This document shows positions 40,598-51,576 of a DNA stretch of 64,000 nucleotides, piece by piece (within the stretch, counting starts at the first letter, position 1; each line of letters starts with the position of its first letter). The stretch is from positions 32,001 through 96,000 of the forward strand of contig CAWDVP010000002.1 in the NCBI GenBank assembly GCA_963805945.1, read 5' to 3'. This DNA comes from Vulcanimicrobiota bacterium (lineage in GTDB: Bacteria > Vulcanimicrobiota > Vulcanimicrobiia > Eremiobacterales > Eremiobacteraceae). The position numbers and the translations under genes were made by a program. The notes below the pieces were generated by a model, which was given only the letters and a program-made list of their open reading frames with translations, was not told the origin of the DNA and made no database searches.

Positions 40598-43500
40598 TTG
40601 GCCCCCTCGCTCGGTCCCCTCATCTCCCGCATCCTCGCCGCCGACAGCGACGCGATCGAGCGCGTCGCGCAGGCGGTCGGCCGCCGCGCGTGCGTGGATG
40701 TGACGGAGGCCGCAGCCGGCGGGCATGCGCCGATCGTCGCAGCGCTGTGGCGAGCGCTCGGTGGGCAGCTCGTGGTGTGGAGCGCGACGCCCGACGCCGC
40801 CGACCGTTTCGCCAACGACGTCGCGTTCTTCACCGACGATGCGGGCGAGGTGGTGCACGATCTCCGCCCGCGCGACGAGATCGCCGCCGGCCCTATCAGC
40901 CCGACCGAGCGCAGCGCGCGCATCGAGACGCTCGTCGCGCTGGCGGGCGGCCAGCCGGGCGTCTACTGCCTCTCGCACGCCGCGCTGCGCCAGCCGCTCG
41001 CGGCGCCGCACCGCTGGCGTGACTCGCTCACGCTGCGTGTCGGCGGCGAGCATCCGTGGGAAGATCTGCTCGGTCGTTTTGTCGCGCTCGGCTACGAGCG
41101 CGTCGACCTCGTGAGCGCGGTGGGCGAGTTCACCGTGCGCGGCGGCCTCATCGATTGCTTCCCGGCGACCGCGGACCATCCGGTGCGGCTCGAGTTCTTC
41201 GGCGATGCGCTGGAAAGCATTCGATCGTTCGCGCTCGGCGATCAACGCTCGATCGGCTCGCTGGACTCCGTCGATGTCGTGCCATGGAATGAATATGAGC
41301 TCGCAGCCGATGGCGCTTTCATCTCTGATTATTCCCCGAACGCGCTTGTCGTCGTCGACGACGCGGAGATGATCGTCGCGATCGATCATTCGCTTGCGGC
41401 TGAACGCGATGACGGCACGATTGCCGCCGCAGACAGCGGGCCTTCCGCGCCGGTGCCTCCGCCGGGGACGCCGGGGAAATCGGGATATTTAGAATCCCCC
41501 GGCTCTGCTGCTCCGGCTTTCGCCGTCGCAGAAGCCCCGGCTAAAGGCACCGTCGCCTCTGGACCCGCTGTTCCGGCATTCGACATCGCCACCGTCACCA
41601 CACGAGTCGATTTCCATCCCGTCGTGAACTTCGCGGCGGCGCATGCACCGCGGGTGGTGAGAGAAGCGGATCTAAAGGTCGCGATCGCGTCCGTGCCCGC
41701 GCCGGTGTTCAACCGCAGCATGCAGCGTTTCGTCGAGGATGTGCGCGGGCGCGTCGCCGCCGGCGAGCTGGTCGCGATCGCGTCGGTCGGCCATCGCCGC
41801 ATCCGCGAAGTGCTCGACGAACACGACGTGAGCGTGGCGCCGGCGCCGCAGAGCTGGAAGCGCGGCGACGGCGGCCGCGTCGTCGTCGCCGACGGCGCGC
41901 TCGACGCGGGCTTCGAGCTCACCGCGCTCGGCGTGGTGCTCCTCGGCGACGCGGAGCTGTTCGGCCATCCCGCGCGCCGGCAGAAGCACCGGGCCGCCAA
42001 AGAAGGCGTGCCGCTGCGCGAAGAGGACCTCAAGCCGGGCGAGTATTTCGTCCACGCCAACCACGGCGTCGGCCAGTATCTCGGGCTCGAGCACATCCTC
42101 GTCAACGACATCGGCCGCGACTTCATGGCGCTCAAATATGCCGGCGCGGACCGGCTCTACGTGCCGGTCGAGATGATGCATCTGGTGCGCCGCTATGTCG
42201 CCGGCGACGGCGCGGCGCCCAAGCTCTCGAAGATGGGCGGCAGCGATTGGGCGCGGGCCCGGTCGCGCGTCCGCGACGCGGTCGAGAAGATCGCCGAAGG
42301 TCTGGTGCGCTTGTACGCCGAGCGCGAGGCAGCCGCCGGCCATGCGTTCGCGCCAGACTCGCCGTGGCAGGCGGAGCTGGAAGAGTCGTTCCTGTACGAC
42401 GAGACCCCGGATCAAGGCCGCGCGATCGAAGCGGTCAAGGAAGACATGGAACGCGCGCGCCCGATGGACCGCTTGGTGTGCGGCGACGTGGGCTATGGCA
42501 AGACCGAGGTCGCCATCCGCGCGGCTTTCAAAGCGGTCATGGACCGCCGCCAGGTCGCGGTGCTCGTGCCGACCACCGTGCTCGCCGCTCAGCACTACCG
42601 CACCTTCAGCGAACGCTTCGCCGCGTTTCCGGTGCGCATAGGCGTGCTCTCGCGCGTGCGCTCGAAGACCGAGCAGAAAGAGACGCTCGCGCAGCTCGCC
42701 GACGGCAGCCTCGATCTGGTGATCGGCACGCATCGGCTGCTGCAGCGCGACGTGGGCTTCAAACAGCTCGGCCTCGTCATCGTCGACGAGGAGCAGCGCT
42801 TCGGCGTCACCCACAAGGAGCGGCTCAAGGAGATGCGCCGTTCGGTCGACGTGCTGACGCTGTCGGCGACGCCGATCCCGCGCACGCTCCATATGTCGCT
42901 CGTCGGCGTGCGCGACCTCTCGCTCATCCAGACGCCGCCGTCGAACCGCATGGCGGTGAAGACGATCGTGACGCCGACGAGCGACGCGCTCATCGCGTCG
43001 GCGATCGAGGCGGAGCTCGACCGCGGCGGCCAGGTCTACTTCGTCCACAACCGCATCGAGTCGATCTACGGCGTGCGCGAGGCGCTGCAGGCGCTCGTGC
43101 CGCGCGCGCGCATCGCGGTCGGGCACGGCCAGATGGACGAGCACGAGCTCGAAGACGTGATGATCGGCTTCGTGAACGGCGACTTCGACGTGCTGGTGTC
43201 CACGACGATCATCGAGAACGGCCTCGACATCCCCAACGTCAACACCATCGTCGTCAACAACGCGGACCATTTCGGTCTTGCGCAGTTGTACCAGCTGCGC
43301 GGCCGCGTCGGGCGCAGCGCGCACCAGGCGTACGCGTATCTGCTCTATCAGCCGCATCGCGCGCTCTCGGAGACCGCAGAGGCGCGGCTCGACGCGATCC
43401 GCGAGTTCTCGCACCTCGGCTCAGGCCTGCGTTTGGCGATGCGTGATCTGGAGATCCGCGGCGCCGGCAACCTGCTCGGCCACGCGCAGTCCGGCTTCAT

Positions 43501-44020
43501 CGCGGCGGTCGGCTTTGACGCCTACTGCCAGATACTGCAGGATGCGGTCGCGGAGCTGCGCGGCCAGCCGCACGTGCCCGATGAACCGCCGCCGATCCTC
43601 GACGTGCGCGTGAGCGCCTATATCCCCGGCGACTACATCCGCGGCGCGAGCCAAAAGATCGCGTTCTATCAGCGCATCGCGGCCGCGCGTTCGGCGGACG
43701 AGGTGTCGGCGATCGCCGACGAGATGCGCGACCGCTACGGTCCCATCCCCAAGGAGGGCGAGGCGCTGCTGGAGCTGGCGCGCTTGCGTTTACTCGCAAG
43801 CGCGAAAGGAGTCGAAAAACTGTCGCTCGAACAGCGCCGATTGACGCTCGAGGTCGGGCGCCGTTTTTCACTCTCCGAAAGTGCTCTTCCGGCTCTCACG
43901 ACCCTCACTCGAGGAAACTTCCGTTTCACTCAGGGCGCGATTGTGGCCGAACTGCCGCCGCTCGATACCCTCGGCGACGGGAAGCTCGCGGCCGTTCGCG
44001 AGATCGTAGCGGCACTCTAG
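40598..44020 (+). CDS. mfd: Transcription-repair coupling factor
   Basis: GEFTVRGGLID, VHANHGVG, ETPDQ, CGDVGYGKTE, DEEQRFGV, SATPIPRTL, QLRGRVGRS, DLEIRGAGNLLG. Confidence 0.97.
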   Translation: MAPSLGPLISRILAADSDAIERVAQAVGRRACVDVTEAAAGGHAPIVAALWRALGGQLVVWSATPDAADRFANDVAFFTDDAGEVVHDLRPRDEIAAGPISPTERSARIETLVALAGGQPGVYCLSHAALRQPLAAPHRWRDSLTLRVGGEHPWEDLLGRFVALGYERVDLVSAVGEFTVRGGLIDCFPATADHPVRLEFFGDALESIRSFALGDQRSIGSLDSVDVVPWNEYELAADGAFISDYSPNALVVVDDAEMIVAIDHSLAAERDDGTIAAADSGPSAPVPPPGTPGKSGYLESPGSAAPAFAVAEAPAKGTVASGPAVPAFDIATVTTRVDFHPVVNFAAAHAPRVVREADLKVAIASVPAPVFNRSMQRFVEDVRGRVAAGELVAIASVGHRRIREVLDEHDVSVAPAPQSWKRGDGGRVVVADGALDAGFELTALGVVLLGDAELFGHPARRQKHRAAKEGVPLREEDLKPGEYFVHANHGVGQYLGLEHILVNDIGRDFMALKYAGADRLYVPVEMMHLVRRYVAGDGAAPKLSKMGGSDWARARSRVRDAVEKIAEGLVRLYAEREAAAGHAFAPDSPWQAELEESFLYDETPDQGRAIEAVKEDMERARPMDRLVCGDVGYGKTEVAIRAAFKAVMDRRQVAVLVPTTVLAAQHYRTFSERFAAFPVRIGVLSRVRSKTEQKETLAQLADGSLDLVIGTHRLLQRDVGFKQLGLVIVDEEQRFGVTHKERLKEMRRSVDVLTLSATPIPRTLHMSLVGVRDLSLIQTPPSNRMAVKTIVTPTSDALIASAIEAELDRGGQVYFVHNRIESIYGVREALQALVPRARIAVGHGQMDEHELEDVMIGFVNGDFDVLVSTTIIENGLDIPNVNTIVVNNADHFGLAQLYQLRGRVGRSAHQAYAYLLYQPHRALSETAEARLDAIREFSHLGSGLRLAMRDLEIRGAGNLLGHAQSGFIAAVGFDAYCQILQDAVAELRGQPHVPDEPPPILDVRVSAYIPGDYIRGASQKIAFYQRIAAARSADEVSAIADEMRDRYGPIPKEGEALLELARLRLLASAKGVEKLSLEQRRLTLEVGRRFSLSESALPALTTLTRGNFRFTQGAIVAELPPLDTLGDGKLAAVREIVAAL
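41408..41599. repeat. ~190-nt nested palindromic element in-frame within mfd
   Basis: Paired arms 41433-40/41564-71, 41451-58/41545-52 and 41461-67/41535-41 enclose two inner hairpins. Confidence 0.7.
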
Positions 44021-44042
44021 TATGTTGACCGTAGGAGGCTCA

Positions 44043-44972
44043 ATGAAATCCAGGTTCGCGACGTTCGCATCGCTCTCGCTCGCCGCATGCGCGGCGGTGC
44101 TGATGACCGGATGCGGCGACCAGAAGACCGTTGCGACGGTCAATGGGGAGAAGATCACCAAGAGCGAGCTCGACGCGAAACTCGAGCAGCAGAGCGGCAA
44201 GGCCGCCCTCACCGCGATGGTGCAGCAAGACCTCATCTTCCAATATGCCAAACAGCACAACATCGACGTCAGCGACGCCGAGGTGAAGGCGAAGCTCGAC
44301 GAGATCGCGTCGCACTTCCCGCCCGGCCAGTTCGACACGATGCTCGCCGCGCAAGGCATGACCATGGACGACGCCAACAAGCTCGTGCGTGAGAACCTGC
44401 TCACCAAGAAGGCCGTCGATGCGAACATCACCATCACCGACGCGCAGGTCGATGCGTACCTCAAGGCTCAGCACCTGACGCTCGGTCAGCCGGCCCAGGT
44501 CCGAGCCAAGCACATCCTCGTCAAGACGCTTCCCGAAGCCAACGCGGTCGAGGCCGAACTGCATAAGGGCGGCGACTTCGCGGTGATCGCGATGCGTGTG
44601 TCGCAGGATCCCGGCAGCAAGACCAAGGGCGGCGAGCTCGGCTGGTTCGGTCCGGGCCAGATGGTCCCGGCCTTCCAAGCGGCCGCGTTCTCGCTCAAGC
44701 CGGGCGAGATCAGCGCACCTGTGCACACGCCGTTCGGCTGGCACATCATCGTGGTCGAAGAGACCAAGCCGCTCACCAAGCAGGCCGCGATCGATCAGCT
44801 CAAGCAGCAGCAAGAGTCGCTGCAGGTGCAAGCCTTCATGAATCAGCTCAAAGCGAGCATGAAGTACTCGTCTGACGATCCGCGCTATAAAGACCTGTTC
44901 GCGACGACGCCCGCGCTCGGCGGTCCGGCTCCCGCACCGGCGGCACCGGCACCGGCGCCTGCTTCCAAGTAG
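44043..44972 (+). CDS. prsA: PrsA-like parvulin peptidyl-prolyl isomerase lipoprotein
   Basis: Lipobox LMTGC, VATVNGEKIT, RAKHILV, SQDPGS..GGELG, MVPAF, TPFGWHII. Confidence 0.9.
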   Translation: MKSRFATFASLSLAACAAVLMTGCGDQKTVATVNGEKITKSELDAKLEQQSGKAALTAMVQQDLIFQYAKQHNIDVSDAEVKAKLDEIASHFPPGQFDTMLAAQGMTMDDANKLVRENLLTKKAVDANITITDAQVDAYLKAQHLTLGQPAQVRAKHILVKTLPEANAVEAELHKGGDFAVIAMRVSQDPGSKTKGGELGWFGPGQMVPAFQAAAFSLKPGEISAPVHTPFGWHIIVVEETKPLTKQAAIDQLKQQQESLQVQAFMNQLKASMKYSSDDPRYKDLFATTPALGGPAPAPAAPAPAPASK

Positions 44973-45000
44973 CGCAGAACTCGCGTCAAGCCGAACTCAT

Positions 45001-45035
45001 GTAGGGGCCGACCTTCAGGTCGGCCCTCTTTTTTT
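45001..45035 (+). terminator. Intrinsic terminator formed by a GTAG-type REP-like hairpin
   Basis: GTAG-GGGCCGACC-TTCA-GGTCGGCCC-TC-TTTTTTT after prsA. Confidence 0.8.
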
Positions 45036-45080
45036 GGTCGCAAGAGGCGCGGCCGCGATGTTCTCGTAAATCCTCATACC

Positions 45081-46274
45081 ATGCCCAGCCTCGCCATCGT
45101 CGGTCTCGGTCCCAGCGACCACACCATGCTCACGCTCGGCGCATTGGAACGCCTGCAAAAGGCGCCGCGCACCGCGTTGTGCGCGGCGCCGCCGGCGCTG
45201 CGCGAACATCTCAGCAAGAAAGGCGTGACCATCGTCGCCCCGCCGTTCGACGCCACCGCGCTGCTGCGCGGCGTGCCTGAGGCGGTGACCGCAGCGGTCG
45301 AGTTCGCCGCGGCGGGAGATGCGGCGATCGGCGTGCCGGGCCATCCCATGCTCGATTTTCCGGGCCTGCCGCATCTGCTGCGCGCGCTCGAAGCAGCGGG
45401 CGTCGACGTCGAACTCGTGCCCGGCATGCCGCGCGCCTCGCTTTCCGCATCCGCCTCCGCGTCGCTACTGCCGCTGCCGCCGGTGGCTGTGAGCCACAGC
45501 TGGGAAGAGCTCGTCGAGATCATGACGCGGCTGCGCGCGTGCTGTCCGTGGGACCGCGAGCAGACGCATCAGTCGCTGCTGCCGTATCTCGTCGAAGAGG
45601 CGCACGAGGTCGTCGAAGCCGTCGACGAGGCCGATCCGAAGAAGCTGTGCGAGGAGCTCGGCGATCTGCTGCTGCAGATCGTGTTCCATTCGCAGATCGC
45701 CGCCGAACGCGGCCAGTTCTCCGTGGCCGACGTCATCAACGCGCTCGCGAACAAGATGATCCGCCGGCATCCGCACGTCTTCGGCGACGCGAGCATCTCG
45801 ACGTCGCAAGAGCAGATGAAGTCCTGGGAGATGATCAAGACCAAAGAGGCGTCGATCAAGCACCGTGAGTCGCTGCTCGACGGCATCCCGCGCAGCCTGC
45901 CCTCGCTGCTCGGTTCCCAGCGCATCCAGGAGAAGGCGGCGACGGTGAACTTCGACTGGCCGAAGACCGACGGCGTCGTCGAAAAGCTTGATGAGGAGCT
46001 GCACGAGCTGCGCACCGCGGTCTCAAGCGGCGAGAACGCGCATATCCGCGAAGAGCTCGGTGACGTGCTCTTCACCATCGTCAATCTGTCGCGCCGCCTC
46101 GGCGTCGACGCCGAAGCCGCGTTGCGCGCTGCGAACGTCAAGTTCCGCGAGCGCTTCGCGGCGATGGAACGCATGGCCGGCGGCGGCGCGACGGCGCTGG
46201 CAGGCCGCAGCCTCGAGGATCTCGACGTGCTGTGGAAGCGCGCCAAAGACCATGAGACTGGACAAGTTCCTTAA
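45081..46274 (+). CDS. mazG: YabN-type MazG NTP pyrophosphohydrolase with degenerate N-terminal tetrapyrrole-methylase-like domain
   Basis: IVGLGP..GVPGHP; CPWDREQTH, EEAHE, EELGDLLLQ, IRRHPHVF, EELGDVLF. Confidence 0.93.
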   Translation: MPSLAIVGLGPSDHTMLTLGALERLQKAPRTALCAAPPALREHLSKKGVTIVAPPFDATALLRGVPEAVTAAVEFAAAGDAAIGVPGHPMLDFPGLPHLLRALEAAGVDVELVPGMPRASLSASASASLLPLPPVAVSHSWEELVEIMTRLRACCPWDREQTHQSLLPYLVEEAHEVVEAVDEADPKKLCEELGDLLLQIVFHSQIAAERGQFSVADVINALANKMIRRHPHVFGDASISTSQEQMKSWEMIKTKEASIKHRESLLDGIPRSLPSLLGSQRIQEKAATVNFDWPKTDGVVEKLDEELHELRTAVSSGENAHIREELGDVLFTIVNLSRRLGVDAEAALRAANVKFRERFAAMERMAGGGATALAGRSLEDLDVLWKRAKDHETGQVP

Positions 46275-46512
46275 GATCTCCCGGCTCGCGAAGCGCCGCA
46301 CCGAAGCGAAGGAAGCGCTCGATGCAGGCCGCATCGAGGTCGGGGGCAAGGCGGTGAAGCCGTCGCATCCGGTGAAAGTGGGCGATGAATTGCTCATCCA
46401 CTACGCATCGCGTGACGTGCGCGTGCGCGTGCTGGCCATCCCCGAACGGCCGGGCATGCGCGTGAAAGCGGACTCGCTCTACGCCGTGCTCGACGACCGC
46501 CGAACGCCCTGA
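46252..46512 (+). CDS. S4-domain RNA-binding protein (YabO/RqcP/Hsp15-like)
   Basis: MRLDKFLKISRLAKRRTEAKEA..KPS..VKVGD. Confidence 0.9.
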   Translation: MRLDKFLKISRLAKRRTEAKEALDAGRIEVGGKAVKPSHPVKVGDELLIHYASRDVRVRVLAIPERPGMRVKADSLYAVLDDRRTP

Positions 46513-46522
46513 CGTGAGACGC

Positions 46523-47683
46523 ATGCCCGAGCGGCCGTTGACGATCGGCATGTTCGTCGATTCGTACTTGCCGGAGATCAACGGCGTGGTGACGTCGCTG
46601 GTGAGCACGACGCGGGAGCTGCGCCGGCGCGGGCACCGTGTCATCGTCATCGCGCCGTCGCACCAGGACTCGCACGACGACGATCCCGACATCTTCCGCT
46701 TGCGCTCGTCGCCCTTCCCCTTCTATCCGCAGTTCCGGATGGCGTTCCCGCTGCCGGCAAAGACGCTCGCGAGCCTGCCGAGCATGCCGTTCGACATCAT
46801 CCACACGCACTCGATGTTCTTCATCGGTTGCCTCGGCGCGTACTTGGCGCAGGCGCGCCGCATCCCGCTCTTCTTCACCTATCACACGCTGTGGACCGAA
46901 TACGCGCACTATCTGCCGGTGAATCCGGACTTCACGCGTGCGCAAGCGGTGTGGGTGTCGCGCGAGTTCTGCAATCGCTGCAGCTGCGTCATCGCCCCGA
47001 CGCACGGCATCGCTGACCTACTGGCGTCCTACGGCGTCGAGAAACCGACCGCGGTCATCCCGAGCGGCGTCGACATCTCCGTCTTCGAAAGCAGCGTCGC
47101 GCGCGCGCCACACGTGCGTGCCGGCGGCGGTCCGCTCGCGCTGTTCGTCGGCCGGCTCGGCAAGGAGAAGAACGTCGATCTCGTGCTCGACGCGTTCGAT
47201 CTCGCCGCTAAGCAGGTGCCGGGATTGCGGCTCATCGTGGTGGGCACCGGCATGCACGAGGAGGCGCTGCGCCAGCATGCGGCGGGGCTCGCAAGCGTCG
47301 CGCGCATCCGCTTCACCGGTTCGCTGCCGCAGAGCGAGCTGGGCGCATACTATGCGGCCGCCGACGTGTTCATGTTCGGCTCCACGACCGAGACGCAGGG
47401 GCTCGTGCTGCTCGAGGCGATGACCCAGGGCGTGCCGGTCGCCGCAGTCGATTGCGCGGTGTCGCGCGAGGTCGTCACCGACGACGCCGGCATCCTCGTG
47501 CCCGAGGACGCGGGGCTGTTCGCCAAAGCGGTCGTCTCGCTGCTGCGGGCGGATGATGCCGAACGTTCCCGCCGCATCGCGGCGGCGAAGAACGTCGCGC
47601 GGCCGTATTCGCTCGAGGCGCTCACCGACCAGCTCGAGGATGCCTACGCGCAGGCGCGCGAGCGGGCCAAGGCCGCGCTATAG
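46523..47683 (+). CDS. GT4 glycosyltransferase (diacylglycerol glucosyltransferase-like)
   Basis: DSYLPEINGVVTS, IIHTH, TYHT..EYAHY, VGRLGKEKN, STTETQGLVLLEAM. Confidence 0.88.
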   Translation: MPERPLTIGMFVDSYLPEINGVVTSLVSTTRELRRRGHRVIVIAPSHQDSHDDDPDIFRLRSSPFPFYPQFRMAFPLPAKTLASLPSMPFDIIHTHSMFFIGCLGAYLAQARRIPLFFTYHTLWTEYAHYLPVNPDFTRAQAVWVSREFCNRCSCVIAPTHGIADLLASYGVEKPTAVIPSGVDISVFESSVARAPHVRAGGGPLALFVGRLGKEKNVDLVLDAFDLAAKQVPGLRLIVVGTGMHEEALRQHAAGLASVARIRFTGSLPQSELGAYYAAADVFMFGSTTETQGLVLLEAMTQGVPVAAVDCAVSREVVTDDAGILVPEDAGLFAKAVVSLLRADDAERSRRIAAAKNVARPYSLEALTDQLEDAYAQARERAKAAL

Positions 47684-47687
47684 CGCC

Positions 47688-48521
47688 ATGTTCTCCGAGG
47701 ATGCGAAGGATGAGATCGCGGCGGTGCGCTTTGAGCGCGCATGCTGCCCGGCGCATTTCGTACGCGCCCTCGCGGCGTTTTCTAGCCGCTCGACGACAGG
47801 CCGAACGCGGTCGTTCGCGTTCCGCGCGCGCCCGGCCATCGCGCGCGCCGCGCTCCGCGCCGGCAAAGCCGCCGGCATCTCGATAGAGGCGGCGCCGACG
47901 GATCATCGCCTGACGCGCGGCGCGGTCCGGCTGTTCGGCGACGCACCGTTCGCGATCGCACCGCACGTGCCGGCCCGCGCGTGCTGTCGCCGCGCATGGC
48001 TGCGCGGCGCGTTCCTCGCGTGCGGTTCGGTCGCCGACCCGCGCCGCGGCTATCATCTGGAATTCTACTGCCGCGACGACGACGACGCGCGGGCGCTGAG
48101 CGAAGGCCTGGGAGGCGTCGGTGTGGACGCCGGCGTGACGCGACGCCGTTCGCGGCCGCTCGTCTATATCAAGGGCGCGCCCGCGGTCGCGGATCTGCTC
48201 GGCCAGATGGGCGCTGCGCGCGCCGTGCTCGCGCTCGACGATCTGCTTGCGATGCGCCACACCAAGAACGTCACGCGTCGCCGCGTCAACAGCGAGGCGG
48301 CCAATGCGGCGCGCGCCGCCGTCACCAGCGCCCGCCAGCGCGAAGCGGCGCTGCGCGTGTTGAATCGGCGCGGCGTGAGCGGCGCGCTATGCGAGGCGGC
48401 GCGCCTGCGCATCGCCCATCCTGACTACACGCTGGCGGAACTCGCGGCGAGCGCCCGGCCTCGTGTGACGAAAGCCGCAATGGCCTATCGCCTGCGCGAA
48501 ATGGAGCGGCTCGCGTCGTAG
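47688..48521 (+). CDS. whiA: DNA-binding protein WhiA
   Basis: CCRRAWLRGAFLACGSVADP..YHLE, VYIK, RRVNSEAAN, HPDYTLAEL. Confidence 0.9.
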   Translation: MFSEDAKDEIAAVRFERACCPAHFVRALAAFSSRSTTGRTRSFAFRARPAIARAALRAGKAAGISIEAAPTDHRLTRGAVRLFGDAPFAIAPHVPARACCRRAWLRGAFLACGSVADPRRGYHLEFYCRDDDDARALSEGLGGVGVDAGVTRRRSRPLVYIKGAPAVADLLGQMGAARAVLALDDLLAMRHTKNVTRRRVNSEAANAARAAVTSARQREAALRVLNRRGVSGALCEAARLRIAHPDYTLAELAASARPRVTKAAMAYRLREMERLAS

Positions 48522-48602
48522 AAGAACGCCGTGCGGGACTACAGCGCAGTTTTGGAGTAAGGTAGGCGTCCCGACCGTCGCTTCCATGGAGGTTGTTTCG
48601 CT

Positions 48603-49621
<1,019 letters not shown>

Positions 49622-49625
<4 letters not shown>

Positions 49626-50812
49626 CGAAAGGCATCGGCGAGCTCGACGTCCGCGGCAAGCGCATCCTCGTCCGCGAAGACCTCAATTGCCCGCTGGCCG
49701 ACGGTAAGGTCGCCGACGACACGCGCATCGTGGCGGCGGTGCCGACGCTGCGCAATCTGAGCCAGCGCGGCGCGCGCGTCATCGTCATGTCGCATCTCGG
49801 CCGGCCCGACGGCAAGGTCGTGGAAGGGTTGCGCATGGCGCCGGTCGCTGTCGCGCTTTCCAAGGCGCTCGGGATGACCGTCAAGACCGCGTCGGACTGC
49901 GTCGGGCCCGCGGTGCAGGCGGCGGTGGCCGCGCTCGCCGACGGCGACGTGCTGCTGCTCGAGAACCTACGCTTCCATCCGGAAGAGGAAGCCGATGACG
50001 AGGGCTTCGCGCGCCAGCTCGCGTCGCTGGGTGATGCGTACGTCAACGACGCCTTCGGCACGGCGCATCGCGCGCACGCCTCGACGGTCGGCGTCACCAA
50101 GTTCCTTCCTTCTTATATGGGGCCGTTGCTCGAGCGCGAGCTCGACGTGCTCGACGAGATCCTCGAGCGCCCGCGCCGCCCATTCGTCGCGGTGCTCGGG
50201 GGAGCGAAGATCTCCGACAAGATCGGCGTCATCACGCGCTTTATGCAGCTGTGCGACGCGATCCTCATCGGCGGCGGCATGGCCAACACGTTGCTCGCCG
50301 CGCAAGGCTTCAATGTCGGCACGTCGCTGCGCGACAAGGACCTCGGTCCGGCCAAGCTGATCGTCGCCGAGATGGATCGCGAAGCGAGCAAGGTCGAAGT
50401 GCTGCTGCCGGTGGACGCGGTCGTCGCCAAGACGCTCGCGCCTGACGCCGAGTCGCGCTTCGCGGATATCGACCAGATCGCGCCGGACGAGATGATCCTG
50501 GACATCGGACCGACGACGGCCGAACGCTATCGCGGCGTGATCACGGACGCCAAGACGGTGCTGTGGAACGGGCCGATGGGCGTCTTCGAGATGGATGCGT
50601 TCGCCGCCGGCACCGAAGCGGTCGGACAGGCGATCGCCGACTCGGGCGCGATGTCGGTCGTCGGAGGCGGTGATTCCGCCGCGGCGGCGCACAAGCTCGG
50701 CTTCGCGGACAAGATGACGCACATCTCGACCGGCGGCGGCGCCACGCTCGAGTATCTGGAGGGCAAAGAGCTGCCCGGCGTGGCGGCGCTGCGGAGCGGC
50801 GCGAACGCATGA
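49622..50812 (+). CDS. pgk: Phosphoglycerate kinase
   Basis: [50 protein letters not shown]. Confidence 0.97.
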
Positions 50813-51576
50813 AGCGGCGGCCGCTGTTCGCGGGCAATTGGAAGATGTACAAGACGCCGAACGAAGCGCGCGAGTACGCGCGCGACTTCGTGCCGGGCGC
50901 CGGCGGGGTCGCCGCTGCTGCTGACATCGCGCTGTGCGCGCCGTTCATCGATCTTGATGCGCTTGGCGCTTTGCTCGAGGGATCCGCTGTCGCGCTCGGC
51001 GCGCAGGACTGCTACTGGGAGCCGGAAGGCGCGTTCACCGGCGAGGTGAGCGCCGCTATGCTCGCGAGCATGGGCGTGAAGTGGTGCATCGTCGGCCACT
51101 CGGAACGTCGTCGCCTCTTCGGTGAGACCGACGACACGGTGGCGCGCAAGGTCGCCGCGCTGCTCGCGGAGGGCGTCCGGCCGATCGTGTGCGTGGGCGA
51201 GACGCTGGAAGAGAACAAGACCGGCAAGACGCGCGAGCGCGTCACCGCCCAGGTGCATGCGGCGTTGCACCGCCTGACGGAAGACGAACGCGCGTCGTTA
51301 GTCATCGCATACGAGCCGATCTGGGCCATCGGCACCGGACTCGCGGATGATCCGGCGTCGGCGAACAAGACGATCGGATTCATCCGTGCCGCTGCCGGCG
51401 GGCTCGACCGCGCGGTGGTCCTGTACGGCGGCTCGATGAAAGCCGACAACGCCGAGGCGTTCTGCGCACAGCCGAACATCGACGGCGGCTTGATCGGCTC
51501 GGCGAGCCTCGATCCCGCCACCTTCAGCTCGCTCGTCACCAACGGACTCCGGGGTATCGATGCCGGCAACCGGTAA
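50809..51576 (+). CDS. tpiA: Triosephosphate isomerase
   Basis: AGNWKM, GAFTGEVS, GHSERR, AYEPIWAIGTG, LYGGS. Confidence 0.97.
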   Translation: MKRRPLFAGNWKMYKTPNEAREYARDFVPGAGGVAAAADIALCAPFIDLDALGALLEGSAVALGAQDCYWEPEGAFTGEVSAAMLASMGVKWCIVGHSERRRLFGETDDTVARKVAALLAEGVRPIVCVGETLEENKTGKTRERVTAQVHAALHRLTEDERASLVIAYEPIWAIGTGLADDPASANKTIGFIRAAAGGLDRAVVLYGGSMKADNAEAFCAQPNIDGGLIGSASLDPATFSSLVTNGLRGIDAGNR

